Of a DNA stretch of 64,000 nt, positions 8,261 to 18,863 are shown piece by piece; the stretch's first letter is position 1; the number at the start of each line of letters is the position of its first letter. Made by a program: the position numbers and the translations under genes. This stretch comes from a candidate division CPR2 bacterium GW2011_GWC2_39_35. Lineage in GTDB: Bacteria; Patescibacteriota; CPR2. The stretch spans positions 31,563-95,562 of the forward strand of contig LBWX01000001.1 of NCBI GenBank assembly GCA_000995065.1, written 5' to 3'. Below the pieces are notes generated by a model. That model saw nothing but the letters and a program-made list of their open reading frames with translations. It made no database searches and was not told the origin of the DNA.

Positions 8261-9206
8261 TAAATTTGTACAAGAAGTTAGAAAGTCTAAAAAGATTGCG
8301 GTAATTTCGCATAAGAAACCGGATGGCGATGCCGCGTCTTCTCTGATCGCGTTAGCTCTTATCCTAAACAAAATGGGCAAGCAGGTTATTGCTTTTACAA
8401 AGACGGATATTCATGAGAACTTTCCCTTTTTGCCAGGACTGTTATTTACGAGGGAAGATTTAAATCCGGAAGAATTTGATCTTATTATACTTTTAGATTA
8501 TAACGTTTTAATGAGGGGGGAGTTTGATAAAGAATTATTGGGCTCTAAGACCCCTTTTTTTGTTATCGACCACCATCCGCCCCATCTAGATTCTGAGATC
8601 GAATCTGCCTATATAGATACTACTGCAGCATCAACAACCGAGGTTTTGTATGATGTTGCGCGAATGTTGGATATCGGGATTGATAGGCAAATTGCTACGT
8701 GCTTACTTACCGGACTCGTTACCGATACCAATTCTTTCCAAAATCAAAACACAACCACCAAGACGCTTCAGATTGCAAGCGATCTTTTGAATTTCGGAGG
8801 CAACCTGCAAAAGATCGTAAGAAGCACCTATAAGGTGAAGCCTGTAAAAAATTGGCAGGTGCTTGGTAGGGCTCTAACCGGACTTAGAAGTATCCCAAAA
8901 TATGGTTTAGCTTATACTGTCTTAACCAATGATGACCTAAAGAAATACGAGGCCTCAAAAAGCGAAACAGAAGAAATCTCTAATTTCTTGATTTTAACTT
9001 TAAAAGACGCAAAAATAATCATGGTTTTAATCGAAGAAGAACCGGGTTTTATCAAGGTAAGCATGAGAACAAGAGACCCTAAGATAAATTTAACAGAGAT
9101 AGCTAAGGTTTTTGGCGGAGGAGGGCATCGGGGAGCCTCGGGTTTTTCGATCAACGGAAGTTTCTCTAGGGCAGCCGAGAGCGTACCGGATATAATAAAT
9201 TCTTGA
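8247..9206 (+). CDS. nrnA: DHH/DHHA1 phosphoesterase (NrnA-like oligoribonuclease / pAp phosphatase)
   Basis: DHH motif (VIDHHPP), DHHA1 GGGGH motif (FGGGGHRGASGF). Confidence 0.8.
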   Translation: MKTIDKFVQEVRKSKKIAVISHKKPDGDAASSLIALALILNKMGKQVIAFTKTDIHENFPFLPGLLFTREDLNPEEFDLIILLDYNVLMRGEFDKELLGSKTPFFVIDHHPPHLDSEIESAYIDTTAASTTEVLYDVARMLDIGIDRQIATCLLTGLVTDTNSFQNQNTTTKTLQIASDLLNFGGNLQKIVRSTYKVKPVKNWQVLGRALTGLRSIPKYGLAYTVLTNDDLKKYEASKSETEEISNFLILTLKDAKIIMVLIEEEPGFIKVSMRTRDPKINLTEIAKVFGGGGHRGASGFSINGSFSRAAESVPDIINS

Positions 9207-9249
9207 CTTAAATTTTGGCCTCCCTTATTATTGATTAAGGAGGTTACTA

Positions 9250-9633
9250 ATGGCTGATTCTAAACCATATATATTGATAGTTGAGGATGACCCTTACATT
9301 TTAAAAATGTATGAGTTAAAGTTGGGCATGGCTGGTTACGACGTGAAAACAGCCATTAATGGTCGATTAGGCTTGGACAAAGTAAGGGAAAAGAAGCCTG
9401 ATCTTATTTTGCTCGACATCTTAATGCCGGAAATGGATGGTTTTGAGGTCCTGGAGCACTTAAAAGGTGATCCGGATACCAAAGGCGTTCCTGTGCTGGT
9501 ATTAAGCAACCTAGGACAGGAAGACCACATAAATAAAGCTATGAGTTTTGGTGTGCAGGGATTCATTGTAAAAAGCCAATATACGCCTTCCCAAGTAGTA
9601 GAAACTATTAAGGGCGTAATTAAAAAGAAATAA
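9250..9633 (+). CDS. stand-alone response-regulator receiver (CheY-like) domain protein
   Basis: ILIVEDD...LLDILMPEMDG...VLVLSN...FIVKS: acid pocket, phospho-Asp, Thr/Ser and Lys positions; no output domain; no histidine kinase in window. Confidence 0.75.
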   Translation: MADSKPYILIVEDDPYILKMYELKLGMAGYDVKTAINGRLGLDKVREKKPDLILLDILMPEMDGFEVLEHLKGDPDTKGVPVLVLSNLGQEDHINKAMSFGVQGFIVKSQYTPSQVVETIKGVIKKK

Positions 9634-9695
9634 TTTTAGATTAAAAAAGATTCTTCCTATATAATAGAAGGATCTTTATTAATTTTGAGGTTTTT

Positions 9696-10283
9696 ATGAT
9701 AAAGACATTAATGTTCGACAATTGTGGTGTAATTACAACTGGCGATCCTGAATGCGGATATCGAAACATTGCAGAGTTTTTAGGTATCAGTGAGGATAAA
9801 TTAATACCTGTCTGGGAGAATTTGGGTACAGATCTTGACGAGGGACTAATAACTACCGAAGACTTTCATATAAAGGCGCTGATGGCTTTGGGCGTTAGTA
9901 AAGATGTAGCTGAATTAAGAAAAGTACATTTAAGAAGTTATTATGTAAAAGAAGATGTCAAGGATTTGGTCGAACTTTTAAAACATAGCTATGGTGTTGT
10001 ATTGCTCACAAACTTTGGCGATGCTTTTGATGAGTGCAACCAGAATTGGAAATTAGATAAAATATTCGGCGACAAAATCTTTGTTTCTGCAAAACTAAAA
10101 ATGCGAAAGCCCAATGAGGATATTTATAAATATATTTTAGAAAAATTAAGCTTAAATGCTAACGAAACGGTCTTTATTGACGACAATATTGAGAATATTC
10201 AAACTTCCCGAAACATAGGCATGAGTGGAATTTTATTTGAGTCTCTGGATCAACTCAAAAAGGATCTTCGCGAGTTACTATAA
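9696..10283 (+). CDS. HAD-superfamily hydrolase-like protein (motif I degenerate: DNC instead of DxD)
   Basis: MFDNCGVI (motif I with second Asp replaced by Cys), LLTN (motif II), K..KP (motif III), FIDDN (motif IV). Confidence 0.5.
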   Translation: MIKTLMFDNCGVITTGDPECGYRNIAEFLGISEDKLIPVWENLGTDLDEGLITTEDFHIKALMALGVSKDVAELRKVHLRSYYVKEDVKDLVELLKHSYGVVLLTNFGDAFDECNQNWKLDKIFGDKIFVSAKLKMRKPNEDIYKYILEKLSLNANETVFIDDNIENIQTSRNIGMSGILFESLDQLKKDLRELL

Positions 10284-10293
10284 ATAGGCTTAA

Positions 10294-11205
10294 TTAAGTT
10301 AGCTGAGATTCGTTAATGCTTCTGTATCCATTAATAAAATCCTTTGAGTTCATTGGATTTTTGCCGGCGGGCTGAATTTCTAGGATTTTTAGAGCAAAAC
10401 TTTTAGTACCGATATATAAATCGCCATTTTCTATCATTACTTTGCCTGCCTCCAGGGTCTTATCGGACACCTCGGCTTTTAAGACGTTTAGTCTTACTTC
10501 TTGCCAGAATGTAAAGGCCAGGGGCCAAGGATAAAAAGCCCTAATCTCTCTTTCTATTTTATCGGCTTTTTTATTCCAGTTTATATGTCCGTCTTCTTTA
10601 TTTATAATCTTGGTGTAAGTTGCCTGAGATTCTTCTTGGGGGTTTGGGACTAGGTTTTTAAAATCATTGATGGTTTTTAATAGTAAGTTAGAGCCATCCT
10701 CAGAAAGATTTTTGGTGAGTGTTTGGGTGGTGTCTGCGGGTGATATTGGAATTCTCGATTGGCTTAATATTGATCCCGCATCCATTTTTGTAGAGATAAT
10801 CATGATCGTGTTTCCCGTTTCTTTGTCGCCATTTAAGATAGCTGCAAGAACAGGGGATGGGCCGCGGTATTTTGGCAAAAGTGAGGGATGAACATTTAAA
10901 GTTGTATATTCTGGTAAATCTAGGATCTCTTGGGGCAGATACTTACCATAAACGGCAACCACAAAAAAGTCAGCTTTTAGCGCCTTGAGATCATCTTCTA
11001 TTCCGCTGACCCTCAAGGGTGTTAAAACATCAATATTTTTATTTAGCGCGAACTCTTTTACCGGAGATGGTACTAGCTTTTTACTCCGACCATGAGGCTT
11101 GTCCGGCTGAGTTACGACGCAGATCACTTGGTGCTCACTTAATAAGTTATTAAGAATATGCTGTGCAAAATCTGATGTTCCAAAAAAGACGATTCTGTAT
11201 TTCAT
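10294..11205 (-). CDS. fmt: methionyl-tRNA formyltransferase
   Basis: MKYRIVFFGTSDFA N-terminus, formyltransferase core (NVHPSLLPKYRG), C-terminal Fmt domain; directly downstream of def. Confidence 0.9.
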   Translation of the reverse strand: MKYRIVFFGTSDFAQHILNNLLSEHQVICVVTQPDKPHGRSKKLVPSPVKEFALNKNIDVLTPLRVSGIEDDLKALKADFFVVAVYGKYLPQEILDLPEYTTLNVHPSLLPKYRGPSPVLAAILNGDKETGNTIMIISTKMDAGSILSQSRIPISPADTTQTLTKNLSEDGSNLLLKTINDFKNLVPNPQEESQATYTKIINKEDGHINWNKKADKIEREIRAFYPWPLAFTFWQEVRLNVLKAEVSDKTLEAGKVMIENGDLYIGTKSFALKILEIQPAGKNPMNSKDFINGYRSINESQLT

Positions 11206-11721
11206 TTAAACCTTCTTTTCTAGAACTAATTTTCCTCGACTGTTTAAAGTGTATATTTGGGAAGAGTCTTTTAAATAGTCTGTAAACAAAATTCCGTTTA
11301 AGTGGTCGATTTCGTGTTGAAGAATTCTTGCAAACATTCCCTCGGCAGCAATTTTAATATCCTTGCCCTCAAGGTTTTTAGCTTTAACTTTTATGCTCTT
11401 AGAGCGCATAATCATACCGTATTTTTTGGGAACACTCATACAGCCTTCTAAATCTTCATTTTCGGTTTTTGACTTCTTAATGATGATGGGATTAATAAGG
11501 GCGATATATTCCTCGTCTTCTTTTAAAACAATCATTCTTTTGGGGATGCCAATCTGAACGGCAGCTAAAGCAACTCCGGCCTCATATTCCGAAGAATAGG
11601 ATTCGATGGTGTCAGCCATTTCGTGAGCGAGTTCTAAAATTTCCGAGTTAATATCATTTATTTCTTCAGATTTTGATCTGAGTATTTTGTCGGGTAATGT
11701 AATTATTTTTTTTGCAGCCAT
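11206..11721 (-). CDS. def: peptide deformylase
   Basis: three PDF motifs GVALAAVQIG, EGCMSVP, QHEIDHLNG; start set at Met (11721) preceded by GAGGT SD rather than the longer track ORF (11754). Confidence 0.9.
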   Translation of the reverse strand: MAAKKIITLPDKILRSKSEEINDINSEILELAHEMADTIESYSSEYEAGVALAAVQIGIPKRMIVLKEDEEYIALINPIIIKKSKTENEDLEGCMSVPKKYGMIMRSKSIKVKAKNLEGKDIKIAAEGMFARILQHEIDHLNGILFTDYLKDSSQIYTLNSRGKLVLEKKV

Positions 11722-11728
11722 ATTTACC

Positions 11729-13726
11729 TCATAATAAGATGTTCTGGGGATCAATATCGATTGAACCTTCGACTCGATGGGAATAATCGCCTAAGAAATC
11801 ATTCAATTCGCTCTCTTTAAGCTTTAGAACTAATAAATAACGGTAGCTATTGTTAATCTTAGGAATAAATGATGGAATGGGCCCTAAAACGTTAAATTTC
11901 GTTTCTAAAAGTCTTTTGTCCTTTGTGGCAGCCAAAAGAGCATCTTTTTGAACTATATTATTATACAGGATTTTTACTAAATTTACAAAGGGGGGATAAT
12001 TGTGATCTTTTCTTATTAGCAACTCCTCGTCATAAAAGTCCCGGGTAAGGTTTTTGGCGGCATATTTTATGGCTTTGTTGTCGGGATTATAAGTTTGAAT
12101 GACGACCCTACCGGGTTTGTCGATGCCACGGCCGGCCCTGCCGGAAACCTGAGTAATAAGCTGAAATGTTCTCTCTTCGGCCCTAAAATCAGGCACAAAT
12201 AAAGTACTATCAGCTGAGATAATTCCCACCAGACTGACGTTTTCGATATCCCATCCTTTAGCGATCATTTGAGTGCCGATTAGGATGTCTGTCTCATGAT
12301 TTTTAAAAGATGAATAAATTTTTTCATGAGAATCTCTTTTTTTAGTGCTGTCTTTATCCATTCTTAGGATGCGGGCTGAGGGGAAAAGCTTATTTAGCTC
12401 ATTCTCTACTTTCTGAGTTCCGGTGCCAAAAAACTTAATATAGGGACCTTTGCAGTTTGGGCAGGTTGTTGGCGGATTGGCTTCGGCTGAGCAGTGGTGG
12501 CAGATAAGTTTATTAGTCAAAAGATGATAGATATACGGGATATCGCAATTAGGACACATAAAAACAAAGCCGCAATCACGGCAAAGCACAAAAGTGGAAG
12601 CGCCACGACGGTTTAGAAATAGAACAATTTGTTCTTTTTTGGCTAATGTTTCTCTTATTTTCCGCGTCAGAATTTCGGAAAAAATACTTTTATTGCCTTT
12701 TTTAAATTCGTCTCTTAGGTCGACGATGGTAGTTTGAGGGAGTAAGCTCTTGGTTGCTCTTTTGGTAAGGTTCAGCATCTTAAAATTATCATTTTTTGCG
12801 TAATAATAAGATTCTAGGGAGGGAGTGGCTGATCCTAAAATAACGGCTGATCCTAAAATTTTTTGTATTTCTAAGGCAATAGTTCTTGTCTGATATCTGG
12901 GCGTCTGGTCTTGTTTAAAGGAATTCTCTTGCTCTTCGTCGATAACAATTAAGCCTAAATTTTTCAGCGGTGCAAAAATAGCAGACCTAGATCCGATGAC
13001 AATCGGTTTTTCGTTGTTATGAATTTTCTGCCAGGTTTTAAACTTTTCCGTTTCTTTTAACTTGGAGTGCCAGACAGCAATCTTTCCCGGAAAACGGCTT
13101 TCGAAAACGGAATAAGTTTGAGGGGTAAGAGAAATTTCAGGGACCAGCACAATCACTTGTTTCCCTCTATTTAAAACCTCTTCTATGGCGCGAAGATAAA
13201 CCTCAGTTTTTCCGGAGCCGGTGATTCCCATCAGAAGGAAAGTCTTAGATAAATCTTCGGTAATGCTCTTCTTAATTTCATTAAAGGCATATTGTTGCTC
13301 GGGATTTAGCTTATGAAAGTCTGTCTTCTTAATTTCCTTTTCTTTCGTTTCTTTTGCTTGCCTATTTTTACTAAATGAATTAAAAGGAATTACGGTGCCA
13401 AGCGATTGTCTAAGGGAAGAAACGCAATTAGTTTGAAGAAAAAAAATAATTTTAATTAGATGAGCGGGGATTGGGTTTTCTTCGACGATAGTTTGGATAT
13501 CCTTGGTGCTAAAGGCAGGTTTTTCATTCGTAATTTTAATTACTAACCCCTTTAATTTGCGCTTATTAAAAAAGACCGTAACAATTTGGCCAACTTTAAT
13601 GTTGCTTCTCAGTTCTGGCGGTACGCCATAAGTAAATAGATCGTTATTATTTTTGGTATAGGTGAAGACCGCAATCTGAGCATAAATCATGAGCACATGA
13701 TAGCATGATAAGAGCTCGAATGCCAT
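11729..13726 (-). CDS. priA: primosomal protein N' (replication restart helicase PriA)
   Basis: Walker A GITGSGKTEVY, DEEQ box, Cys-rich zinc-binding insert (CRDCGF..CPNCD...CHHC...CPNC), C-terminal PriA domain; start may be internal Met (~13690). Confidence 0.9.
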   Translation of the reverse strand: MAFELLSCYHVLMIYAQIAVFTYTKNNNDLFTYGVPPELRSNIKVGQIVTVFFNKRKLKGLVIKITNEKPAFSTKDIQTIVEENPIPAHLIKIIFFLQTNCVSSLRQSLGTVIPFNSFSKNRQAKETKEKEIKKTDFHKLNPEQQYAFNEIKKSITEDLSKTFLLMGITGSGKTEVYLRAIEEVLNRGKQVIVLVPEISLTPQTYSVFESRFPGKIAVWHSKLKETEKFKTWQKIHNNEKPIVIGSRSAIFAPLKNLGLIVIDEEQENSFKQDQTPRYQTRTIALEIQKILGSAVILGSATPSLESYYYAKNDNFKMLNLTKRATKSLLPQTTIVDLRDEFKKGNKSIFSEILTRKIRETLAKKEQIVLFLNRRGASTFVLCRDCGFVFMCPNCDIPYIYHLLTNKLICHHCSAEANPPTTCPNCKGPYIKFFGTGTQKVENELNKLFPSARILRMDKDSTKKRDSHEKIYSSFKNHETDILIGTQMIAKGWDIENVSLVGIISADSTLFVPDFRAEERTFQLITQVSGRAGRGIDKPGRVVIQTYNPDNKAIKYAAKNLTRDFYDEELLIRKDHNYPPFVNLVKILYNNIVQKDALLAATKDKRLLETKFNVLGPIPSFIPKINNSYRYLLVLKLKESELNDFLGDYSHRVEGSIDIDPQNILL

Positions 13727-13824
13727 TAGTAAGAGGGACTTATACGAGATACTAGATACTATTTTATCTCTTTACTTTTCCCTAAAATTTGCCTATGATA
13801 TCTCATGATTAATTAAAGGCAGAT

Positions 13825-15132
13825 ATGAAAAGAAGATGGCTAAAAATAGTAGGAATTTTTTTGTTGGCAGCAATATGTTTTGTAGCCGCATCTCCCCAGT
13901 CCGTTAGAGACAAAATGAAAATAAGAATGTTAAAGCCGGTCCATTTACGGCTAGGACTTGATCTTCAGGGTGGTTCACACATTGCCTATGAAGCGGATTT
14001 AAGCAAGTTTAAGGACGTGTCGGAAAAAGAAAGGGCCATGGAAAGCCTGAGAAATGTGGTTGATAAAAGAGTTAATGCGCTTGGAGTGGCAGAACCAAAT
14101 ATTTATACAACTAAATTTGGTGATAATAGGCGTATAATAATAGAGCTTCCTGGAATTGATGTAAATCAGGCTAAAGATCTAATTGGTAAGACGGCAAAAA
14201 TGAAATTTAAGACCCAAATGAATGAAGAAGGAACAATGTGGCAGGATACGGATCTAGAAGGCAAAAATTTAAAGAAAGCCACCGTGCAAAATGATCCGCA
14301 AACGAATTCGCCGGAAGTGGCCATAGAATTTGATTCCGAAGGAGCCACCAAATTCGGAGACCTCACCAAAAATAATTTAGGTAAAAGAATTGGAATATTT
14401 TTAGATGACGAGATCGTATCTGCACCGACAGTGCAGGCAGAAATTAGAGATGGTCATGCTGTCATTTCTGGAAAATTCGATTATAAAGAAGCCAATGATT
14501 TAAAAATTCAGCTTAATGCAGGCGCCCTACCCGTTGATATCAAATTAGTCGAAGAAAGAACTGTAGGTGCGACATTGGGTCAGGAATCGGTTAGAAAAAG
14601 TTTTTTTGCCGGCACTATTGCCTTGCTTGTCATTTTTATGTTTATGACTATTTATTATAGATTCCCAGGCTTTATTGCTTCTGTAGCTTTGGGTATCTAC
14701 ACCCTAATTGTAATCGCGATCTTTAAGGGCGCTTTTTACATTTTTCCGCCAGTTACGCTCACTTTAGCAGGAATTGCGGCCTTTATCTTGTCTATCGGCA
14801 TGGCCGTCGATGCTAATATCTTGATTTTCGAAAGAATGAAAGAGGAATTTAGGTTAGGAAAGGGTTATGGAGCAGCCTTAGATGCCGGTTTTAAGAGGGC
14901 ATGGCCGTCTATAAAGGATTCAAATATCGCAACGTTTATTACTTGTGCGATCCTTATGGCTTTTGGGTCCACAGTTATTAAGGGCTTTGCCTATACGCTT
15001 TTAATAGGGGTTGCCGTATCGATGTTTACTGCGATCACAATCACCAGAACATTTTTAAAGGCATTTATTAATACCAGAATTTCCAAAAATCCAAAATTAT
15101 TTGGCTTTGCAATAGAAAAGGGAGAGAAATAA
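13825..15132 (+). CDS. secD: protein translocase subunit SecD
   Basis: signal-anchor N-terminus, large periplasmic domain, six C-terminal TM helices with SecD/SecF signature; abuts secF. Confidence 0.9.
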   Translation: MKRRWLKIVGIFLLAAICFVAASPQSVRDKMKIRMLKPVHLRLGLDLQGGSHIAYEADLSKFKDVSEKERAMESLRNVVDKRVNALGVAEPNIYTTKFGDNRRIIIELPGIDVNQAKDLIGKTAKMKFKTQMNEEGTMWQDTDLEGKNLKKATVQNDPQTNSPEVAIEFDSEGATKFGDLTKNNLGKRIGIFLDDEIVSAPTVQAEIRDGHAVISGKFDYKEANDLKIQLNAGALPVDIKLVEERTVGATLGQESVRKSFFAGTIALLVIFMFMTIYYRFPGFIASVALGIYTLIVIAIFKGAFYIFPPVTLTLAGIAAFILSIGMAVDANILIFERMKEEFRLGKGYGAALDAGFKRAWPSIKDSNIATFITCAILMAFGSTVIKGFAYTLLIGVAVSMFTAITITRTFLKAFINTRISKNPKLFGFAIEKGEK

Positions 15133-16043
15133 TGAACATTATGGGCAAAAGAAAGTTTTTGTATATTTTATCTCTAGCAATAATTATTCCGGGCATAATA
15201 GCCTTATTGTTATGGGGACTTAAACTATCGATTGATTTTACGGGCGGGACCTTACTTGAGATAGCAGGAACACAGGATGTAAATGCGGTGAAGGTGATAG
15301 CCGACGAAAACAAGTTCGAAAATACGATTATTACAACTTCAGGCGACCTTGTAGTCTTAAAGGCGAAAGAAATTCCTGATGCAACACATCGAAAGTTTAT
15401 TGAAGATCTAAAAGTAAAGATACCGGGAGCTACGGAAAACCGTTTTGAGAGCGTTGGTCCGACTATGTCTAAAACTATTACTAAGAATGCTTTTTATTCC
15501 GTAGGATTAGCCTCGATATTTATAGTAATTTACCTAGCTTACGCATTTAAAAAGGTATCTAAACCTCTAAGCCCTTGGGAGTTTGGAATTATGGCCGTAG
15601 TTGCCTTAATTCACGATGCTTTGGTAGTAGTTGGCGTATTTGCAATCTTTGGTCACTTTTTGCATATCGAAATTGATAGCATGTTCATTACCGCAATTCT
15701 TACCATTATTGGTTTTTCGGTACATGATACCATCGTAGTGTATGACAGAATCAGGGAAAAAGCCCTAAAAGAAGGCGTCGATAATTTTGAAAGCTTGGTA
15801 AATAGAAGCATTTTGGAGACTTTTTCTAGATCGATTAACACTTCGATGACGGTAATTATGACTTTGCTTGTAATCTATTTATTCGGCGGAGCAACAATCA
15901 AGCATTTTATTCTAGCGCTTCTTATTGGTATAACAGCTGGTACATATTCTTCAATCTTTGTTGCCAGCGCTCTTCTTGTAGAATCATTTAATCTAAAACA
16001 AAAATTAAGAGGAAGAGCTAAATGGAAGCAAAAAACTGCATAA
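15132..16043 (+). CDS. secF: protein translocase subunit SecF
   Basis: SecF topology and conserved TM block (GFSVHDTIVVYDRIRE), start overlaps secD stop (TAATG). Confidence 0.9.
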   Translation: MNIMGKRKFLYILSLAIIIPGIIALLLWGLKLSIDFTGGTLLEIAGTQDVNAVKVIADENKFENTIITTSGDLVVLKAKEIPDATHRKFIEDLKVKIPGATENRFESVGPTMSKTITKNAFYSVGLASIFIVIYLAYAFKKVSKPLSPWEFGIMAVVALIHDALVVVGVFAIFGHFLHIEIDSMFITAILTIIGFSVHDTIVVYDRIREKALKEGVDNFESLVNRSILETFSRSINTSMTVIMTLLVIYLFGGATIKHFILALLIGITAGTYSSIFVASALLVESFNLKQKLRGRAKWKQKTA

Positions 16044-16684
16044 TCGGGCCATTATATAAGAATTTAAATGATAAAGATATAAGCCTTATCCTGTCCAAAG
16101 GGATTCAGAAAAACTATAAAAAAGGCGAAACTATTGTGTACCCGGGCGAAACATCGTCCAGGATTTTTATTTTGAAAAAGGGGCAAGTAAAAATTACCCA
16201 GTTATCCAGAGAAGGAAAAAAGTTTATTTTGGAAATCGTAAGGCCTGGTGGGATTTTTTCGAGTGAGGGCTTTGGTCTATTTCATAAAGGGGATTTTAAG
16301 GACTTTGTCGAAGTGGATAAGAATTCCGAGGTTTGCGAAATTACAAAAGATGATTTTGTTTTGCTTCTAAAGGAAATACCGAGCTTATCTTTAAATCTCA
16401 TTGATATCTTGGCCGAAAAACTTAATCTAGCGGATAATAAATTAAGAGATATTGCTCTTTTAGACGTAAAGAGCCGTTTAAAACATGAGTTAATTCATAT
16501 CGCAAGAACCATCGGTTTTGATAAAGGCGAATTTTATGTCATACGAGAAAAATTTACGCACGAACAATTGGGAGAAATGCTTGGTACCTCGAGGGAGACC
16601 ATTACTAAATCTATGAGTGAATTAAAAAAAGAGGGATTTGTTTCTTATGACGATCTAAATAGAATTATTATTAAACACAAGTAA
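16022..16684 (+). CDS. Crp/Fnr-family transcriptional regulator (cNMP-binding domain + C-terminal HTH)
   Basis: cNMP-binding beta-roll (GETIVYPGETSSRIFILKKGQVKI), C-terminal HTH (QLGEMLGTSRETITKSMSELKKEG). Confidence 0.7.
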   Translation: MEAKNCIIGPLYKNLNDKDISLILSKGIQKNYKKGETIVYPGETSSRIFILKKGQVKITQLSREGKKFILEIVRPGGIFSSEGFGLFHKGDFKDFVEVDKNSEVCEITKDDFVLLLKEIPSLSLNLIDILAEKLNLADNKLRDIALLDVKSRLKHELIHIARTIGFDKGEFYVIREKFTHEQLGEMLGTSRETITKSMSELKKEGFVSYDDLNRIIIKHK

Positions 16685-17120
16685 TTCTTAAAAATCTTTG
16701 TTTTTTGTGATTTAGATCACTGACAAACCCTAAACTCTATATTATATTTACATTAACCTAATCTTAGCCAGAAGTTTTAAAAGATCCGACAAGTTGTAAA
16801 AATAAAAGTTCAATCTTTCGCGCTTAGCCGTGGCTAGCCGAAGTAGAACAATAATTTAATTAAGGGGTCTTGAATAAATCTTCTAGCAAGTTTGGCGAGT
16901 AATAAATAAGTATAACCCAAGGGGGATGAAAGTCCCGATTCCAAAAGGATCGGGACTTTATGTTACAATGATTCAATTTATAAATCTTTGTAACTAGTAA
17001 GGGGGTTTGAAAATGAGATACTTTAAAACTCAATGATAATTATAAAAAATGAAAATTAGAAATTTTAGGATGTGGGATTTTATTGGGTCAATTAGGATTT
17101 AGATTTTAGATATTCATTTT

Positions 17121-18863
17121 TTGATCTTTAGTCTTCATTCTTTAGCTGCTATACTATGCTTTATGAAAAAGCCGGAAAAGAAAAAATGGGTGGAAAAAGG
17201 TGCGCCGGAAGATTATCTGCTAAAAGATTTTTTTCATCGAGTAATTGCCGATATATTTTACAATAGAGGTATTAATAATCTTAAAGAGGCCGAAGATTTT
17301 CTAAGCCCTGACTTTAAAAAGCTCCCTAGTCCCTACCTTATTCCCAATATCGAAAAGGCAGCAAAAAGAGTTCTTGGCGCTATCCATAAGAAAGAGCTAA
17401 TTTGCGTCTATGGCGATTACGACGTGGATGGTATTACATCTACCGCGCTTATTATTAATATTTTAGAACAACTTAAGGCAAATTATACTTACTATATACC
17501 ATCCAGGCTTAAAGAAGGTTACGGTCTAAATAAGCCAGCAATCTCAAAGCTTGCTATTGCGGGCGTCAAACTTATTATTACAGTAGATTGCGGTATTACG
17601 GCATTAAAAGAGGTTGAATTAGCTAGAGAAAAAGGAATTGACGTTATTATAACGGATCATCACGAAGTCCCGGAGATTCTTCCCAAAGCATACGCCATAG
17701 TTCATCCGGATTCTCCGGGAAGCAAATACCCGCATAAGAACTTAGCCGGGGTTGGAGTTGCCTTCAAGTTAGCACACGTCATATTAAACGAGGCTAAGTA
17801 TGAGAAGGCCGAAGAATACTTAAAGTGGTTGTTGGATTTGGTCGCATTAGGAACTATTGCGGATATAGTACCGCTTGTTGGCGAAAACCGAATTCTCGCT
17901 CACTATGGTCTTATTGTTCTTGGCAAGACCAAAAGGATTGGATTGGATTCGATGTATGAGTCTGCCGGGATTAAGAAAGAGGATGTGACTAGTTATAATG
18001 TTGCTTTTCAGATTGCGCCTCGTCTCAATGCGGCTGGTCGTATTACTCATGCCGAAGAAGGCCTAAAAATCCTTCTCTCTCAGGATAAAAAGGAAGCTAG
18101 TAAGTTAGCCGCACACCTATCCAGCCTAAACTCTAAAAGGCAGGAAACGACCAAAAGAATACTAGATGAGGCGTTAGAAATGATTGATCAGCTTCCTGAT
18201 GATCAGCGTTTTATAATACTATCGTCTAAGGAGTGGTCAAGCGGCGTTATTGGGATTGTCGCTTCTAAAATTATTGAAAGTTATTCGAGGCCGGTAATAT
18301 TGCTTCAGGAAACAGATGATTTGCTTCATGGTTCCGCAAGGTCAATTGAAGAAATGGATCTATATCAGGCTCTTAAGCAGTGCGAACAGCATTTAACAAA
18401 TTTTGGGGGACATAAAGGGGCTGCTGGTTTATCGCTTAAGAAAAATAAGCTCAAGGATTTAACTTTAAGCTTAGAAGAAATCGGGATTAAGATTTTAGAC
18501 CTCGAGTCATTACTGCCTTCAATAGATATAGAAACTTTAGTTTCTTTTTCCGAAATCAATGATTCGCTTTTTGAGACTTTAAGAAAATTAGCGCCGCATG
18601 GAGCCGGGAACCCAGTTCCGGTTTTTGCAACCAAAGATATCTTAGTAATTTCGGCAAATGCAGTTGGCGCAGAGAAAAAGCATCTAAAGTTAAGATTGTC
18701 CGACCTGGACGGCTATAGTTTTGAGGCGATTGGTTTTGGTATGGGCGATCTTTTATTAACCCCCGGTAGCAAGGTTGATCTAGTGTATAGGTTGCATGAA
18801 AACGTTTGGAATGGTAAAAAGAGTTTAGAGTTAATTGTATTAGACCTATGTATACAAGATTAG
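17121..18863 (+). CDS. recJ: single-stranded-DNA-specific exonuclease RecJ
   Basis: DHH motifs (GDYDVDGITS, TDHH), DHHA1 (GGHKGAAG), OB-fold C-terminus; true start may be the Met at ~17163. Confidence 0.85.
   Translation: MIFSLHSLAAILCFMKKPEKKKWVEKGAPEDYLLKDFFHRVIADIFYNRGINNLKEAEDFLSPDFKKLPSPYLIPNIEKAAKRVLGAIHKKELICVYGDYDVDGITSTALIINILEQLKANYTYYIPSRLKEGYGLNKPAISKLAIAGVKLIITVDCGITALKEVELAREKGIDVIITDHHEVPEILPKAYAIVHPDSPGSKYPHKNLAGVGVAFKLAHVILNEAKYEKAEEYLKWLLDLVALGTIADIVPLVGENRILAHYGLIVLGKTKRIGLDSMYESAGIKKEDVTSYNVAFQIAPRLNAAGRITHAEEGLKILLSQDKKEASKLAAHLSSLNSKRQETTKRILDEALEMIDQLPDDQRFIILSSKEWSSGVIGIVASKIIESYSRPVILLQETDDLLHGSARSIEEMDLYQALKQCEQHLTNFGGHKGAAGLSLKKNKLKDLTLSLEEIGIKILDLESLLPSIDIETLVSFSEINDSLFETLRKLAPHGAGNPVPVFATKDILVISANAVGAEKKHLKLRLSDLDGYSFEAIGFGMGDLLLTPGSKVDLVYRLHENVWNGKKSLELIVLDLCIQD

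Noticed and set aside
16685-17120. Possible RNase P, SRP or tmRNA gene in the long intergenic gap
   Set aside because: Only a partial resemblance (GATGAAAGTCCCGA) to the RNase P P4 region. No SRP domain IV (GGAAGCAG...) or tmRNA tag/3' tRNA-like features were seen.
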